Assembly: GCA_026986575.1 (NCBI GenBank)
Contig: JALSOH010000006.1
Span: forward strand, 416,001 to 480,000
Length of the DNA stretch: 64,000 nucleotides
Direction: 5' to 3'
Source of the DNA: Thermoproteota archaeon
GTDB lineage: Archaea > Korarchaeota > Korarchaeia > Korarchaeales > Korarchaeaceae
A program made the position numbers and the translations under genes. A model generated the notes under the pieces. It had not been told where the DNA came from. It ran no database searches and was given only the letters and a program-made list of their open reading frames with translations. Position 1 is the first letter of the stretch. Each line of letters begins with the position of its first letter. Of this stretch, positions 9,499 through 18,477 are shown in pieces.

Positions 9499-10364
9499 GA
9501 GAGGTCCCCCTCAGTCACTAAGTAAGTTTCACCATCCATCACGGCGTAGTACCCAGATGAAGCTTCGAACTCTCCCCAAACAGCAGGTATCACCTCGGCC
9601 TTGGGTTGATACCCCTTCATCCTCTGGAAGATCTTCATCGTTCCAACGGGTCTGAGACCGTTCTCCTCGAGGCACTCGCTCACACCCTCCCCACACAAGA
9701 GCGGTTGTATGAGCCTACCCCTTACCTTATCGCCGACCCTCACGAGTTTGACCTTCTTCACCACAATGGGATGCATCTTGCCCCTGAAGGAGTGCTTGGC
9801 ACCGAATCCGAATTCCCTCATGGCGCTCTCCAATAAAATGAGGGCCCTCTCCAGTTCGTTCCTATCGTATGATAGTAGGGAGAATCTCCAGATGGCTCCA
9901 GGTGCCCAGAAGTAGTGTACGGTGTAGTTGATTACCCTCCTAGTGAGGTCTGAGTCAAGCCCGAATAACTGGTACCCGTACACCTTTAAGGGACCCATCC
10001 CAGCCCTCTTTATCGTGCCTAATGCCGTCGCAGTTCCATCCAAGATTACGTTGAAGTCCTCCCTGATCACCTTGCTTGATCTGAGCATGACCCCATCAGT
10101 CACGCCAACACGGGGTAACTTGCGCGACAGGAGTGTGCTATATTCCATGCCTATCTCGCTTTTGGAATTCACCCACCTGTTGTAGTAAGAGTAGAAGTTC
10201 TCCCCTTGGACGCTCATCACGACCCTCAGCATGGCTCCGGCCACTGCCGTCCTATAAATGAATCCCCCAGGCCTGAAGACATTCACCTTCATGGTGGTCT
10301 GGGTGGAGCACACGGGCTCGACATTAACGGCCCTTATGAAATAGAGATAGGGCTGGGAGGTCAA
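9456..10364 (-). CDS. cas5: Cas5-group RAMP (Csc1 position), divergent
   Basis: YRTAVAGAM helix and Gly-rich loop GFGAKHSFRG; lies between cas7 and cas3. Confidence 0.65.
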   Translation of the reverse strand: MTSQPYLYFIRAVNVEPVCSTQTTMKVNVFRPGGFIYRTAVAGAMLRVVMSVQGENFYSYYNRWVNSKSEIGMEYSTLLSRKLPRVGVTDGVMLRSSKVIREDFNVILDGTATALGTIKRAGMGPLKVYGYQLFGLDSDLTRRVINYTVHYFWAPGAIWRFSLLSYDRNELERALILLESAMREFGFGAKHSFRGKMHPIVVKKVKLVRVGDKVRGRLIQPLLCGEGVSECLEENGLRPVGTMKIFQRMKGYQPKAEVIPAVWGEFEASSGYYAVMDGETYLVTEGDLSWPTGSWEPTGSLR

Positions 10365-11677
10365 CCGATTCCCCCCTCTCTCCCCCTTTTCTTCTGCTGT
10401 TGGGGAGCGAGATCCTTTATTGCATCATTATAGTTATTCCTGGCCCTCTTCGGCTTTCCCAGAAAATCTATAACCGAGGCAGCGTGTTCCACGAGCAGCC
10501 TGAACGCGTCATCCCTCTCCAAGAGGGACATCCCCTCACTCATGTAGTCTTCGAGCCTTTTTATCGCCTTCTCCCCTACATACCTTACCAGCACCGACTT
10601 CTCTCCTAACTTAGCCACGCATATTCCCCTACAATCGCCTACGACGTCGAAGAATGTGGCCTTATATCCAGCTTCTGGGTCCCTTACATCTATGGGCATC
10701 GACGGAGGCGGTGGATTTGCTAGATAACCCTCTACTGAGAAGACCTCATCCACGACTATCAGAGGGATACCCTCCTTCACACAGTGATCCCAAACGCCGG
10801 CGCCCGATGAGGTCTTGGCCCCCTTCCTGACATCTTTCACGAGATGCTCGTAGGCGAGCATGGCCAGCTCCAGTTTGGTAGGATTGAAGAGAGTTGTCTT
10901 GAAATATCCAGGCCCTTTGAACATGTACTCTACGAAGAACATCATTTCCTCACTAGTTCCCCCCTCCTGAGTCGTGCCAGCCCTAGGAACCCTGTTCCTC
11001 ACGATCTTCTCCAGTAGTGAGGGCTCGAGTATCCGACTGCCGGCAGGCAGGCCCAGCTCCTTCGCAGCTGACTTCACCGTGAAGTAAGTCTTGAAGTCGG
11101 TCTCCTTGTACTTCTTCTCCCAGTTGACCGGAACGGCTCCCTGCGTGGCGGTTGAGGCGGCAGCCCCCTCAGCTATGCAAGCTGGGCAAACCCCGCATGG
11201 ATCAAGAGGGGTGCAAGAGGCCATCTTCATCACCACATTCCAAAGAGCCCTCTTAGCTGCGTCGTCCTCTAGAATATCATTGGCGACCTCCTCCACTATC
11301 TTCAAGTACTCCTTGGCCTCCCTCCCACTCTTGTCATTGGCTATGGCATCTAGAAATGGGTGCATGATCCTTCGGAGCGTCTCCCTGAAGAAGCTCTCCC
11401 TGACGTAGTTGAACTTGGTGGCCCTTATCCTCGCCCTAGAATCGAACTCGTACTTTCCGTCCTTCTCGTAGAGGAAGGGTTCCAGATCTGTTACTGCTTC
11501 GTTTATTTCCAACCTCTCATTACCTGAAAAGGCCCTATCGAACTGTATGCATCCCCATACTCTCACAGCCGGTATGGAAGGGAGTAACCCTATCTCCCTT
11601 CCGAGGCCGGACGGTACCTTCGAGAGGATGTCCGGCAACTCGCCGGGATCGCTCACAACCTCCCACTTGAACTCCAT
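10361..11677 (-). CDS. cas7: Cas7 backbone subunit, Csc2-like (438 aa)
   Basis: Zn motif CTPLDPCGVCPAC...G, RNRV, and GAKTSSGAG matching the Csc2 GA.xSR.G loop. Confidence 0.75.
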   Translation of the reverse strand: MEFKWEVVSDPGELPDILSKVPSGLGREIGLLPSIPAVRVWGCIQFDRAFSGNERLEINEAVTDLEPFLYEKDGKYEFDSRARIRATKFNYVRESFFRETLRRIMHPFLDAIANDKSGREAKEYLKIVEEVANDILEDDAAKRALWNVVMKMASCTPLDPCGVCPACIAEGAAASTATQGAVPVNWEKKYKETDFKTYFTVKSAAKELGLPAGSRILEPSLLEKIVRNRVPRAGTTQEGGTSEEMMFFVEYMFKGPGYFKTTLFNPTKLELAMLAYEHLVKDVRKGAKTSSGAGVWDHCVKEGIPLIVVDEVFSVEGYLANPPPPSMPIDVRDPEAGYKATFFDVVGDCRGICVAKLGEKSVLVRYVGEKAIKRLEDYMSEGMSLLERDDAFRLLVEHAASVIDFLGKPKRARNNYNDAIKDLAPQQQKKRGREGGIG

Positions 11678-11694
11678 AAAACCACCTCCTTATA

Positions 11695-12273
11695 CTAATC
11701 ACTTAAACCGGCCTGAAACGGGAGAGGAACAGGAGAGGAGTTAGAACCAGCTTGACTCTGACTGGAACATCCCAAGCCCCTCTTGGAGCTGTCAAACAGA
11801 GAACTGAGCCTACCGTCCCAGCCGAAGTGCACGTAGATGTATGAGACGTCTCTAACCCCCATGATCCCTATCACCACCTTCCTCGCCCTTTCAGATCGAT
11901 TTGATAGCTCCTTCACGAGAACATCAGTTAACTTAGCCAGCGACTTTTCCGCCACGCAGCTGATCGACCCCCTCAGCTTTGACCTTATCTTATCCATGGC
12001 GTAATTCAGGAACTTACCAGAGTAGTTCTTCAAGGTCCTTACTGGGTCTAGCTTGGGATCAACGCAGGAGGCGAATCTCATGAAGAGTGAAAATTTCTCC
12101 GTCTGACTGCTGTCACTGCCCAGCAGGTTGGCGCTTCTTGACACCAAGAAGAGCAAGGCTCCCAGCGTAAAGGATATCTCCTCGCTTTCCAACTCTCCCA
12201 AGGATTTGAGCCTCCTCTCCAGCTCCTCGAACGAGGACGGGATGATCTCAACCCCACTTAGGCCCTCACCCAT
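11695..12273 (-). CDS. Putative separately encoded Cas11-like small subunit
   Basis: 192-aa, helix-rich ORF overlapping the stop of the large subunit by 8 bp and preceding cas7. Assigned by position only. Confidence 0.5.
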   Translation of the reverse strand: MGEGLSGVEIIPSSFEELERRLKSLGELESEEISFTLGALLFLVSRSANLLGSDSSQTEKFSLFMRFASCVDPKLDPVRTLKNYSGKFLNYAMDKIRSKLRGSISCVAEKSLAKLTDVLVKELSNRSERARKVVIGIMGVRDVSYIYVHFGWDGRLSSLFDSSKRGLGCSSQSQAGSNSSPVPLPFQAGLSD

Positions 12274-14257
12274 TTTTGTTCAGCACCTCCCTGACCATCC
12301 TCAATGCCCCCAGCTCCCGAGACTCTCGCAAGTATTCCACGAGATCCATGAACTTCTCGAGCGTCAACCCCTTGGGAATCTTACCATCCATCTCCTTCAG
12401 TAGGATGGCCCCTATCTGAGCCCTGTCACCTTCCAACTTATGAACCATCCCTTCAGGCTTCAATCCCAGGTTTCTGAGCTTCTTGATGGATTTCCCTATT
12501 CTCTCCAGCAATTCAACGTAGTCCTCCGGATCCCACACCCCCCTCACGAGGATGTGGTCCCAGACCTGTCCCGGAGACATGGGCCCGTTCCCGATTCTCA
12601 GCCCCCATTCGAACTTGTAAGTCACGCGACCACAGGGAAGAACCACCTTCTCCTCCCCTAGCCCTTCCATCAAATCTGAGAGGAGAGAATTTAGCTCCCC
12701 CAAGAGATCCTCTCCTCTCGATTTCATGAGGGAAACCATGACGCTCAATCCGTACCTCCTGAAATCCCTCGAAGTGAAGGATGATCTGAGTTTAGAGAGC
12801 ATAAGTTCCCTGAGGTAGTAGGAGAATACCTCGACAACTAGGGGGTCCGTGTCCCCCGAGCAAGGAGGTGAAGTGATCTCCATGATCCTCTCGGTCCCGT
12901 AGAGAACGAAGGTCACTGGGACACCGCTATCATAGGAGCTCCTGCTGAAGAGCCAGAGGCATGTCGGGCAGAGGGGTCTATCGTTATGCTCAAGTCTGCC
13001 CTTGTAGTTGTAAATGCTATCGGATACGGCCCTCAGGTAACCTAGCTGCATGCTCTTCTCGAGAGTTACCATTTCACCGCTTAATCCCCTTGAGACTCCC
13101 TCACTATCGCCTAGATATTCCCTCAGCTCCTTTGTGTCCAGTACTTTAGCCATCGGCCTTCCGCAGGAGTAGCAGGGAAAGCCTTTATCCGTAGGAACAG
13201 GCCTGAAACCAGAGTGCAAGGCGTCTACCAGGGCATCCCTGAGCCTTACATCGAAGTTTTCCTTCCCCGCCACAAGGTTTATCTTCCAGTGACGGAGCGT
13301 TACTAGGTCCTCGAGTATATTGTTGGGAACGTTACTGAACTCCTTTCTCAAATTGAATTCCTCTTCAGGAGCTCCCAACCAGACGGCTACAATGATTGAG
13401 CTATTATCTTCTACCACCGAGCCCCTCAGGAGGGATAAACCGCCCCACTCGGTTCTCACTATTTCCTTGTCAACGATCTTCCTCAATGAATCATAGAAAC
13501 CTAAGAAAGCAGATACAACTGCCGTGGGCCTGGCTTCAAATAATGCGCGGTTGAGGGATAGAGAGATGACATGTATCGCCGGCTCACCCACCATCTGCTG
13601 GAGTGATCTTATCATCTCCACAATCTCGGTCACATCCGATTTGAAGGAGGGACCTCCCTCCCAAGCTGATGCTATGGAGTCAGCAACCCTCAAGCTCATG
13701 GAGTGGGCCTTGGCTAGGGGGATGGGATCTGGAAGGGGACATCCGATCTCATCAAAGAAGGAACCCAATGCCTCGGCAACCATTTCTATCTTCTCGGGCG
13801 TCCTCATTCCCTCATGAGATGCGTTAGCAGCTCTCAACACGTTCTCAATTATGGAGCCTTCCACCTCCCTCAGGAGGTCCCGTACCGAGCTCGGTAGGAT
13901 CGCCATCTCCTCATCCAGCAAGGATGACATGAGCAACCTTAGGGCCTCCTTATTCCTCTCCACATCCAAATTGCCGTGTCCATCGAACCTTCTCATTGCA
14001 TCCATATCTCTGACCATGTCCTCCGGCACAAACAGCTTATCGTAATCGTGGTAAAGGCTCTCCAAGAAGACTAGATCGCTGTAGGAATCCAGCAGCTCTT
14101 GGCCCATACCGCATTCCTTCGCGTGACGGGCGATCACGTATTGAGAGGGAAGGTTAAATATGGTTCTGAGGGTGTATACAGCTATCCCATGCTCGTAGAA
14201 GGTCTGGGTATTCCTTCCCCACTTACCCAGATTGGCCCTAATCATCGCCGGGGGCAT
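12266..14257 (-). CDS. cas10d: Cas10d-like large subunit with N-terminal HD nuclease and Zn finger (663 aa, short)
   Basis: QTFYEH...LYHDYDKL...H...SHEG...VADSIAS HD motifs; CYSC...CPTC; no GGDD; first gene of the effector operon. Confidence 0.75.
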   Translation of the reverse strand: MPPAMIRANLGKWGRNTQTFYEHGIAVYTLRTIFNLPSQYVIARHAKECGMGQELLDSYSDLVFLESLYHDYDKLFVPEDMVRDMDAMRRFDGHGNLDVERNKEALRLLMSSLLDEEMAILPSSVRDLLREVEGSIIENVLRAANASHEGMRTPEKIEMVAEALGSFFDEIGCPLPDPIPLAKAHSMSLRVADSIASAWEGGPSFKSDVTEIVEMIRSLQQMVGEPAIHVISLSLNRALFEARPTAVVSAFLGFYDSLRKIVDKEIVRTEWGGLSLLRGSVVEDNSSIIVAVWLGAPEEEFNLRKEFSNVPNNILEDLVTLRHWKINLVAGKENFDVRLRDALVDALHSGFRPVPTDKGFPCYSCGRPMAKVLDTKELREYLGDSEGVSRGLSGEMVTLEKSMQLGYLRAVSDSIYNYKGRLEHNDRPLCPTCLWLFSRSSYDSGVPVTFVLYGTERIMEITSPPCSGDTDPLVVEVFSYYLRELMLSKLRSSFTSRDFRRYGLSVMVSLMKSRGEDLLGELNSLLSDLMEGLGEEKVVLPCGRVTYKFEWGLRIGNGPMSPGQVWDHILVRGVWDPEDYVELLERIGKSIKKLRNLGLKPEGMVHKLEGDRAQIGAILLKEMDGKIPKGLTLEKFMDLVEYLRESRELGALRMVREVLNKNG

Positions 14258-14300
14258 CCAATCACCCTACTATCAGCTATTATAAGATTTTGATGCATTT

Positions 14301-14328
14301 GTTTCAAAAAATGGGGGGGAGATGAAAC
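14301..14328. promoter_or_regulatory. Inverted repeat GTTTCA-N16-TGAAAC just upstream of the effector operon TATA-like box
   Basis: gtttca aaaaatgggggggaga tgaaac; the same half-sites and spacing recur at 18406-18433. Confidence 0.6.
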
Positions 14329-14557
14329 GCTCGACAAACGATCCTCCCTCACTGAGGGATGGGCTTCGGACTGGGAGGGAACTTCGGTCCCATGGTCTCA
14401 CTAATAGCTTTAATGAGGTTCCTGGAAAATCAAAGTTCCCTGACAGCTTAATTCTCTAAATTAACGGATGATGGGACTCTAGAGATCATTAAAATCTACG
14501 GGATCGCTATTTCAATTGGGCGGATATTTATTAAAATCGGGAACCTCCAAGCCCAGA

Positions 14558-16084
14558 ATGCGCCTCCTGAAACGCCTTCTCTCTGAGATCAGGAGAGCTT
14601 CTTCGATCATGAGAGTGGATCCCCTGAGATCATCACCTAGGGAGGTGATGCTTGAAAACTTCGATCCAACCCCTGGCTACAGGTACGGGGTTGCTACCTC
14701 TGAAGGTAGGATGAGGATCTCCTCCAAGCTCAGCGACGAGCTCATAGAGTTAGTTATCAGGAGAGAGGCTTTTATACATCTCTTACCCGAAGGAGAGGGT
14801 GAGCTCCCCCAGATAATTGACCTGGCTTGGGCATACTCAGAACCCCCTGAAGACCTGTGGAAATCATGCTACTCAGCTCCAAAGTACGCCATGTTCCAGA
14901 ACTATGAGCCTTTCAAGATGTTCTATACCCTGCCAAGCAGGAAAAAGAGAATGGAAGCCTTAAGGCGTATTTTACTGGCTGTCAGGTCTCTCTCATCCCA
15001 AAGGGCATTGGATTTCCCTAGATACCATTATATCCTGAGGAGGATGCTTGCTCCCTTCTTTAAACCTACTCCAGCCGATAACAAGATGTTAAAGGTGCTC
15101 AAAAAGGACCCGTATGCCAGCAGGGACAAGTTGAGGAGGGAGACCGGTCTAAGCCCGGCATCGATATCTAGGAGTTTGAGCAGGCTGAGAGACATGGGAT
15201 TCATCTCCGGTCCTGCCAATGTTGACCTGAGCAAGTTGGGGCTACTTACGCTGGTCGTGACCTTTCCCAACAGAAGGGAACTAAGGGATTCCTTAATGAC
15301 CTTCCCCTTCACATACAGGGTGTTTGAACCAGTCTCAAGGGATGTGGACGCTCACGCTTTTCTGCTGATACCCAGGGAGGCCCTCAATTACATGGAATCT
15401 CTTGAGGAAATGGGACTTGGTGTGTATCAGGTGATCAAGCAGAAATTCATCCTGAACCTCTCACCCCCTAAGAATCCCATGGAGCTCCTGCTTGAGGCCC
15501 TTCAGGAGGAGCATGCCGATGTGGAATCAGGAATTGAGGTGAGCTGGCCCAAGAGAAAGATCAGTAGGGAGGATTTAAGGGTCTTGAACGTAGCTCTACT
15601 GAAAGGGGAGGTTAAGCCGTCCCATTTGAAGGAGATTGGCGTCTCTTCCCCGAGATACAAGCTCAGGAAACTCAAGGAGGAAGGGATCTTATCCCATTTC
15701 TACACTCTAGGCGTACCTCCTGCTGGTGATGACCTCCTCCTAAGGTTGGAGCTTGAGGAAAACCAGTTCAGGAGATTGGTCGAGGCTATAGGGAAGGTAT
15801 CCACCGTTATAGCTGCTTACATACGGGGTTCCTCATGGGAGGGGTCCATGGGGAGCCTCCTACCCAAGGATTATCTCAGGGGGAGGCTGGTCAGGGGGCT
15901 GAAACTTCTGCTGGGGGATAGGCTCATTTTGGCAGAGGATGCTATAGATTATTTGGGCGAGTGGACCATTCCCTTGCACCTATGGGATGAGGAGAAGCAG
16001 AGGTTCATGTGGGAGGATGATCTGAGCCTGCTACTCACTAGGATCAGGTTGGCCGTCAGGGAAGGCGTCTTGGGATTTTCTTAG
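14558..16084 (+). CDS. Large winged-helix protein with two Lrp/AsnC-like HTH units
   Basis: DPYASRDKLRRETGLSPASISRSLSRLRDMG...VDLSKLGL; second unit ISREDLRVL...YKLRKLKEEGIL; N-terminal REAFIH segment. Confidence 0.65.
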   Translation: MRLLKRLLSEIRRASSIMRVDPLRSSPREVMLENFDPTPGYRYGVATSEGRMRISSKLSDELIELVIRREAFIHLLPEGEGELPQIIDLAWAYSEPPEDLWKSCYSAPKYAMFQNYEPFKMFYTLPSRKKRMEALRRILLAVRSLSSQRALDFPRYHYILRRMLAPFFKPTPADNKMLKVLKKDPYASRDKLRRETGLSPASISRSLSRLRDMGFISGPANVDLSKLGLLTLVVTFPNRRELRDSLMTFPFTYRVFEPVSRDVDAHAFLLIPREALNYMESLEEMGLGVYQVIKQKFILNLSPPKNPMELLLEALQEEHADVESGIEVSWPKRKISREDLRVLNVALLKGEVKPSHLKEIGVSSPRYKLRKLKEEGILSHFYTLGVPPAGDDLLLRLELEENQFRRLVEAIGKVSTVIAAYIRGSSWEGSMGSLLPKDYLRGRLVRGLKLLLGDRLILAEDAIDYLGEWTIPLHLWDEEKQRFMWEDDLSLLLTRIRLAVREGVLGFS

Positions 16085-17492
16085 AGATCAGGGATTTGAG
16101 CCAGTTAACGTAATCACTGTCCACATCTGGGAGATATATACTCACTTCAGGATGACCACTGCCCTCCCTTTTGGCCAGCTCCGCGCGCACGAGGCCCTCC
16201 CTCATCAGGGCTTCCATGACCCTCCTCCTGCTTAGTATCCCCCTAGGATTCGAGAACCTGCCCCCAAGAAGGACCTCAATCTCCTCGACGGAAAGGCCCT
16301 TCTCCCTCTTCCTATCACTTATCTTCTTGGACAGGGATTTTTCGCACTCCTCTCCGGGATTGTATTCAGAGCACAGCCTCCTGCTCACTATCCTAGCAAA
16401 AATCTTTGAGCCTTTATAATCGGAGTCTAGGGCGTCCTTCATGCAAAGCATGGTGAGGACGAGAGCCTCCAAGTCTGAAAGCAAAGGGGTCCTGAACATA
16501 GGTGTTCTAAGCCCCAGCCTCGACATGGTCAGAAGAACCCTGTGGAGATCCTTGATTCTGACGCCAGAGAGGAACTCCCCGTGTATATATGAGTATGCCT
16601 CGTACCCCCTCCTTATTTCTGACTTGAAGGGCTCTGACAACCTCTTATAGGCGGAGTACATCCTCCTAGAAGGATAGAGGATCTTTGATGTCCAGAGGTC
16701 CGGGTTGAGATACACCAGACCCACGAACGCAGCCCAAGAATCCGATTCTTCTCTCCAGAGAGATGGGTTCGTGTAGAAAACCTTCTGCCCGAGTACGATG
16801 TCCGCCGCCATACGGAGTATCCGCCTCATCTTCCTCCTAGTATCCCTGTGAACACTCCCTGATTTCACCAATTGAGTTAGAAAGCCGTCCTTTGAGACTA
16901 AAGTTATATCCTTATATCTTAGCGGTTTCGATGGAAGAGGAACTTCTTTAAACGGAGATATTAGCTTCTCAGCGTCTCTCCTTCTGACATGGGCCAAAGA
17001 TCCCTCTAGGACGTAAATTTCAGTGTAAAAATTGGATGACCTGCTGCCCGGTAGGTCTGACAGCTTTCTATTCAGATATCCTCTAAAAGCATGAGAAAGG
17101 ATTCTCCATCTGGATATCAGGCTATCTAAATTCATATTTTTTCTGAGGAAAACGTTAACGGCCAATCTTACTGAAAAGAGCCCAAAGGAGTAGGAGTGCT
17201 CCATAAGGATTGGCAGCTCCGGTGAGGGAAGGCCCACGCGGTTGGGATCCAAACTGAAACCCTCCTCCAAGTTTACCTCATTGCCGCTCAGCCGCCTCAC
17301 TTTCCTCTCCACCAAGAAGCCTGCACACGGGAATTCCGGCCCGGGATTTCCATCTCTCAACTCCTTACTCTTGACGGCTCTACCCACCCCTCTCACGTCG
17401 TCCTTGGTCAAGGAGAGACATACCTCAGCAATTCTACTCATCATCCCACTTGGGTCAACCTTGTAGAACCTAGGCCTGAGACCAGCTCTCAT
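16056..17492 (-). CDS. Uncharacterised 478-aa protein with C-terminal winged helix, downstream of cas6
   Basis: GLSVEEIEVLL...VMEALMREGLV...GSGHP...IY fits a wHTH; starts 23 bp after the cas6 stop on the same strand. Confidence 0.6.
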   Translation of the reverse strand: MRAGLRPRFYKVDPSGMMSRIAEVCLSLTKDDVRGVGRAVKSKELRDGNPGPEFPCAGFLVERKVRRLSGNEVNLEEGFSLDPNRVGLPSPELPILMEHSYSFGLFSVRLAVNVFLRKNMNLDSLISRWRILSHAFRGYLNRKLSDLPGSRSSNFYTEIYVLEGSLAHVRRRDAEKLISPFKEVPLPSKPLRYKDITLVSKDGFLTQLVKSGSVHRDTRRKMRRILRMAADIVLGQKVFYTNPSLWREESDSWAAFVGLVYLNPDLWTSKILYPSRRMYSAYKRLSEPFKSEIRRGYEAYSYIHGEFLSGVRIKDLHRVLLTMSRLGLRTPMFRTPLLSDLEALVLTMLCMKDALDSDYKGSKIFARIVSRRLCSEYNPGEECEKSLSKKISDRKREKGLSVEEIEVLLGGRFSNPRGILSRRRVMEALMREGLVRAELAKREGSGHPEVSIYLPDVDSDYVNWLKSLISKKIPRRLP

Positions 17493-17515
17493 TAAAGTTA
17501 GAAGGACCTTCCTTA

Positions 17516-18352
17516 TCAGGCGGATCCCCTCTTCGATCTTCCCTTGCGATGAGGGTGCAATCTCACTGCCACCACGCCGAAACCCATGGTCGTCCTCCTC
17601 CCAAGCCCCGAGAACTCGGCAAATCTCATTAAAGCTGCAGCCATCCTCCCAACGTAGGCATCCAGCCTTCTCATGCTGTAAGAGAGCCTTCCCAGCCAGC
17701 TCTCCCTAACGACTCTCTCATCGCCGAACCACAGCTCCACCACGGCTTCCTTGAACCAAGTGGGATTTTCGGGCTCGGCTAGGTAGAGGTGCCTCACTAG
17801 TGTACCGGGGAGTCTAAGTTCCTCCGGCGCATTCGAGTTCCAGGCCTCGAATGGCCTCTCAAGTACGTGAGGCAGGGGCGGAGGGAACTCCTTGTCAAGT
17901 ATGGTGTTTGTGATGAGCTTGAAAATAACTCTCCTCGCTACCGGAGACCTGAGGAGGAGGTTCTCGTAATCCTTCCTTCCTATCTTAACTTCAGCTACCT
18001 CCAGTGGGACACCATTAACCTCGAGGTCGGCCTTTAGTATTCCCTCGACCAGAGGATCAACGAACTCATCTCTCAGGAGTTTAAAGGTAGCCCTTACTTC
18101 TCCCCCCTTGGGGACCGAGGCGTACCTTCCCCTAACGAACTCCCTAGCGGTCGTGAGCCTGGTTACCGAGTAGGGAGCACCCATTCCGAGAGAGGAACTG
18201 AGATCATGTAACTTCCTCGATAGATCCTTAGACTCAGCCGATAATGATCTGAAAAGCATGGATTGCACCAGTCTTCCTGAAGAAGGAAGTTCATACAGCA
18301 ATCTATCACTGGCCAGTAGGTAAGCTGTAATCATCGCGGGCAATTGACCCAC
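17516..18352 (-). CDS. cas6: Cas6 crRNA-processing endoribonuclease
   Basis: PYSVT segment and C-terminal Gly loop AEFSGLGRRTTMGFG. The ORF is open to 18442; the start is more likely GTG 18352 or ATG 18334. Confidence 0.9.
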   Translation of the reverse strand: MGQLPAMITAYLLASDRLLYELPSSGRLVQSMLFRSLSAESKDLSRKLHDLSSSLGMGAPYSVTRLTTAREFVRGRYASVPKGGEVRATFKLLRDEFVDPLVEGILKADLEVNGVPLEVAEVKIGRKDYENLLLRSPVARRVIFKLITNTILDKEFPPPLPHVLERPFEAWNSNAPEELRLPGTLVRHLYLAEPENPTWFKEAVVELWFGDERVVRESWLGRLSYSMRRLDAYVGRMAAALMRFAEFSGLGRRTTMGFGVVAVRLHPHRKGRSKRGSA

Positions 18353-18405
18353 CCTAATGGCTCCGTGATGTAGTTCGACTAATGCATAAAAAGTATTGTT
18401 CCATT

Positions 18406-18433
18406 GTTTCAAAAAGGACCGCAATCTTGAAAC
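18406..18433. promoter_or_regulatory. Inverted repeat GTTTCA-N16-TGAAAC in the divergent cas6 / nuclease-operon promoter
   Basis: gtttca aaaaggaccgcaatct tgaaac in an AT-rich intergenic stretch. Confidence 0.6.
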
Positions 18434-18477
18434 TATTGACAAATTACCTCTTTTTATTCACCGAAGGTAATCGAGAG

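Noticed and set aside
12266-14257. Type III Cas10
   Set aside because: No GGDD palm motif, only one Cas7, and Cas3' is in the same operon.
14301-14328. Degenerate CRISPR mini-repeat (CreA/CreR-like) in the cas promoter
   Set aside because: Similarity to the repeat is limited to TTTCAA; the inverted-repeat operator reading fits better.
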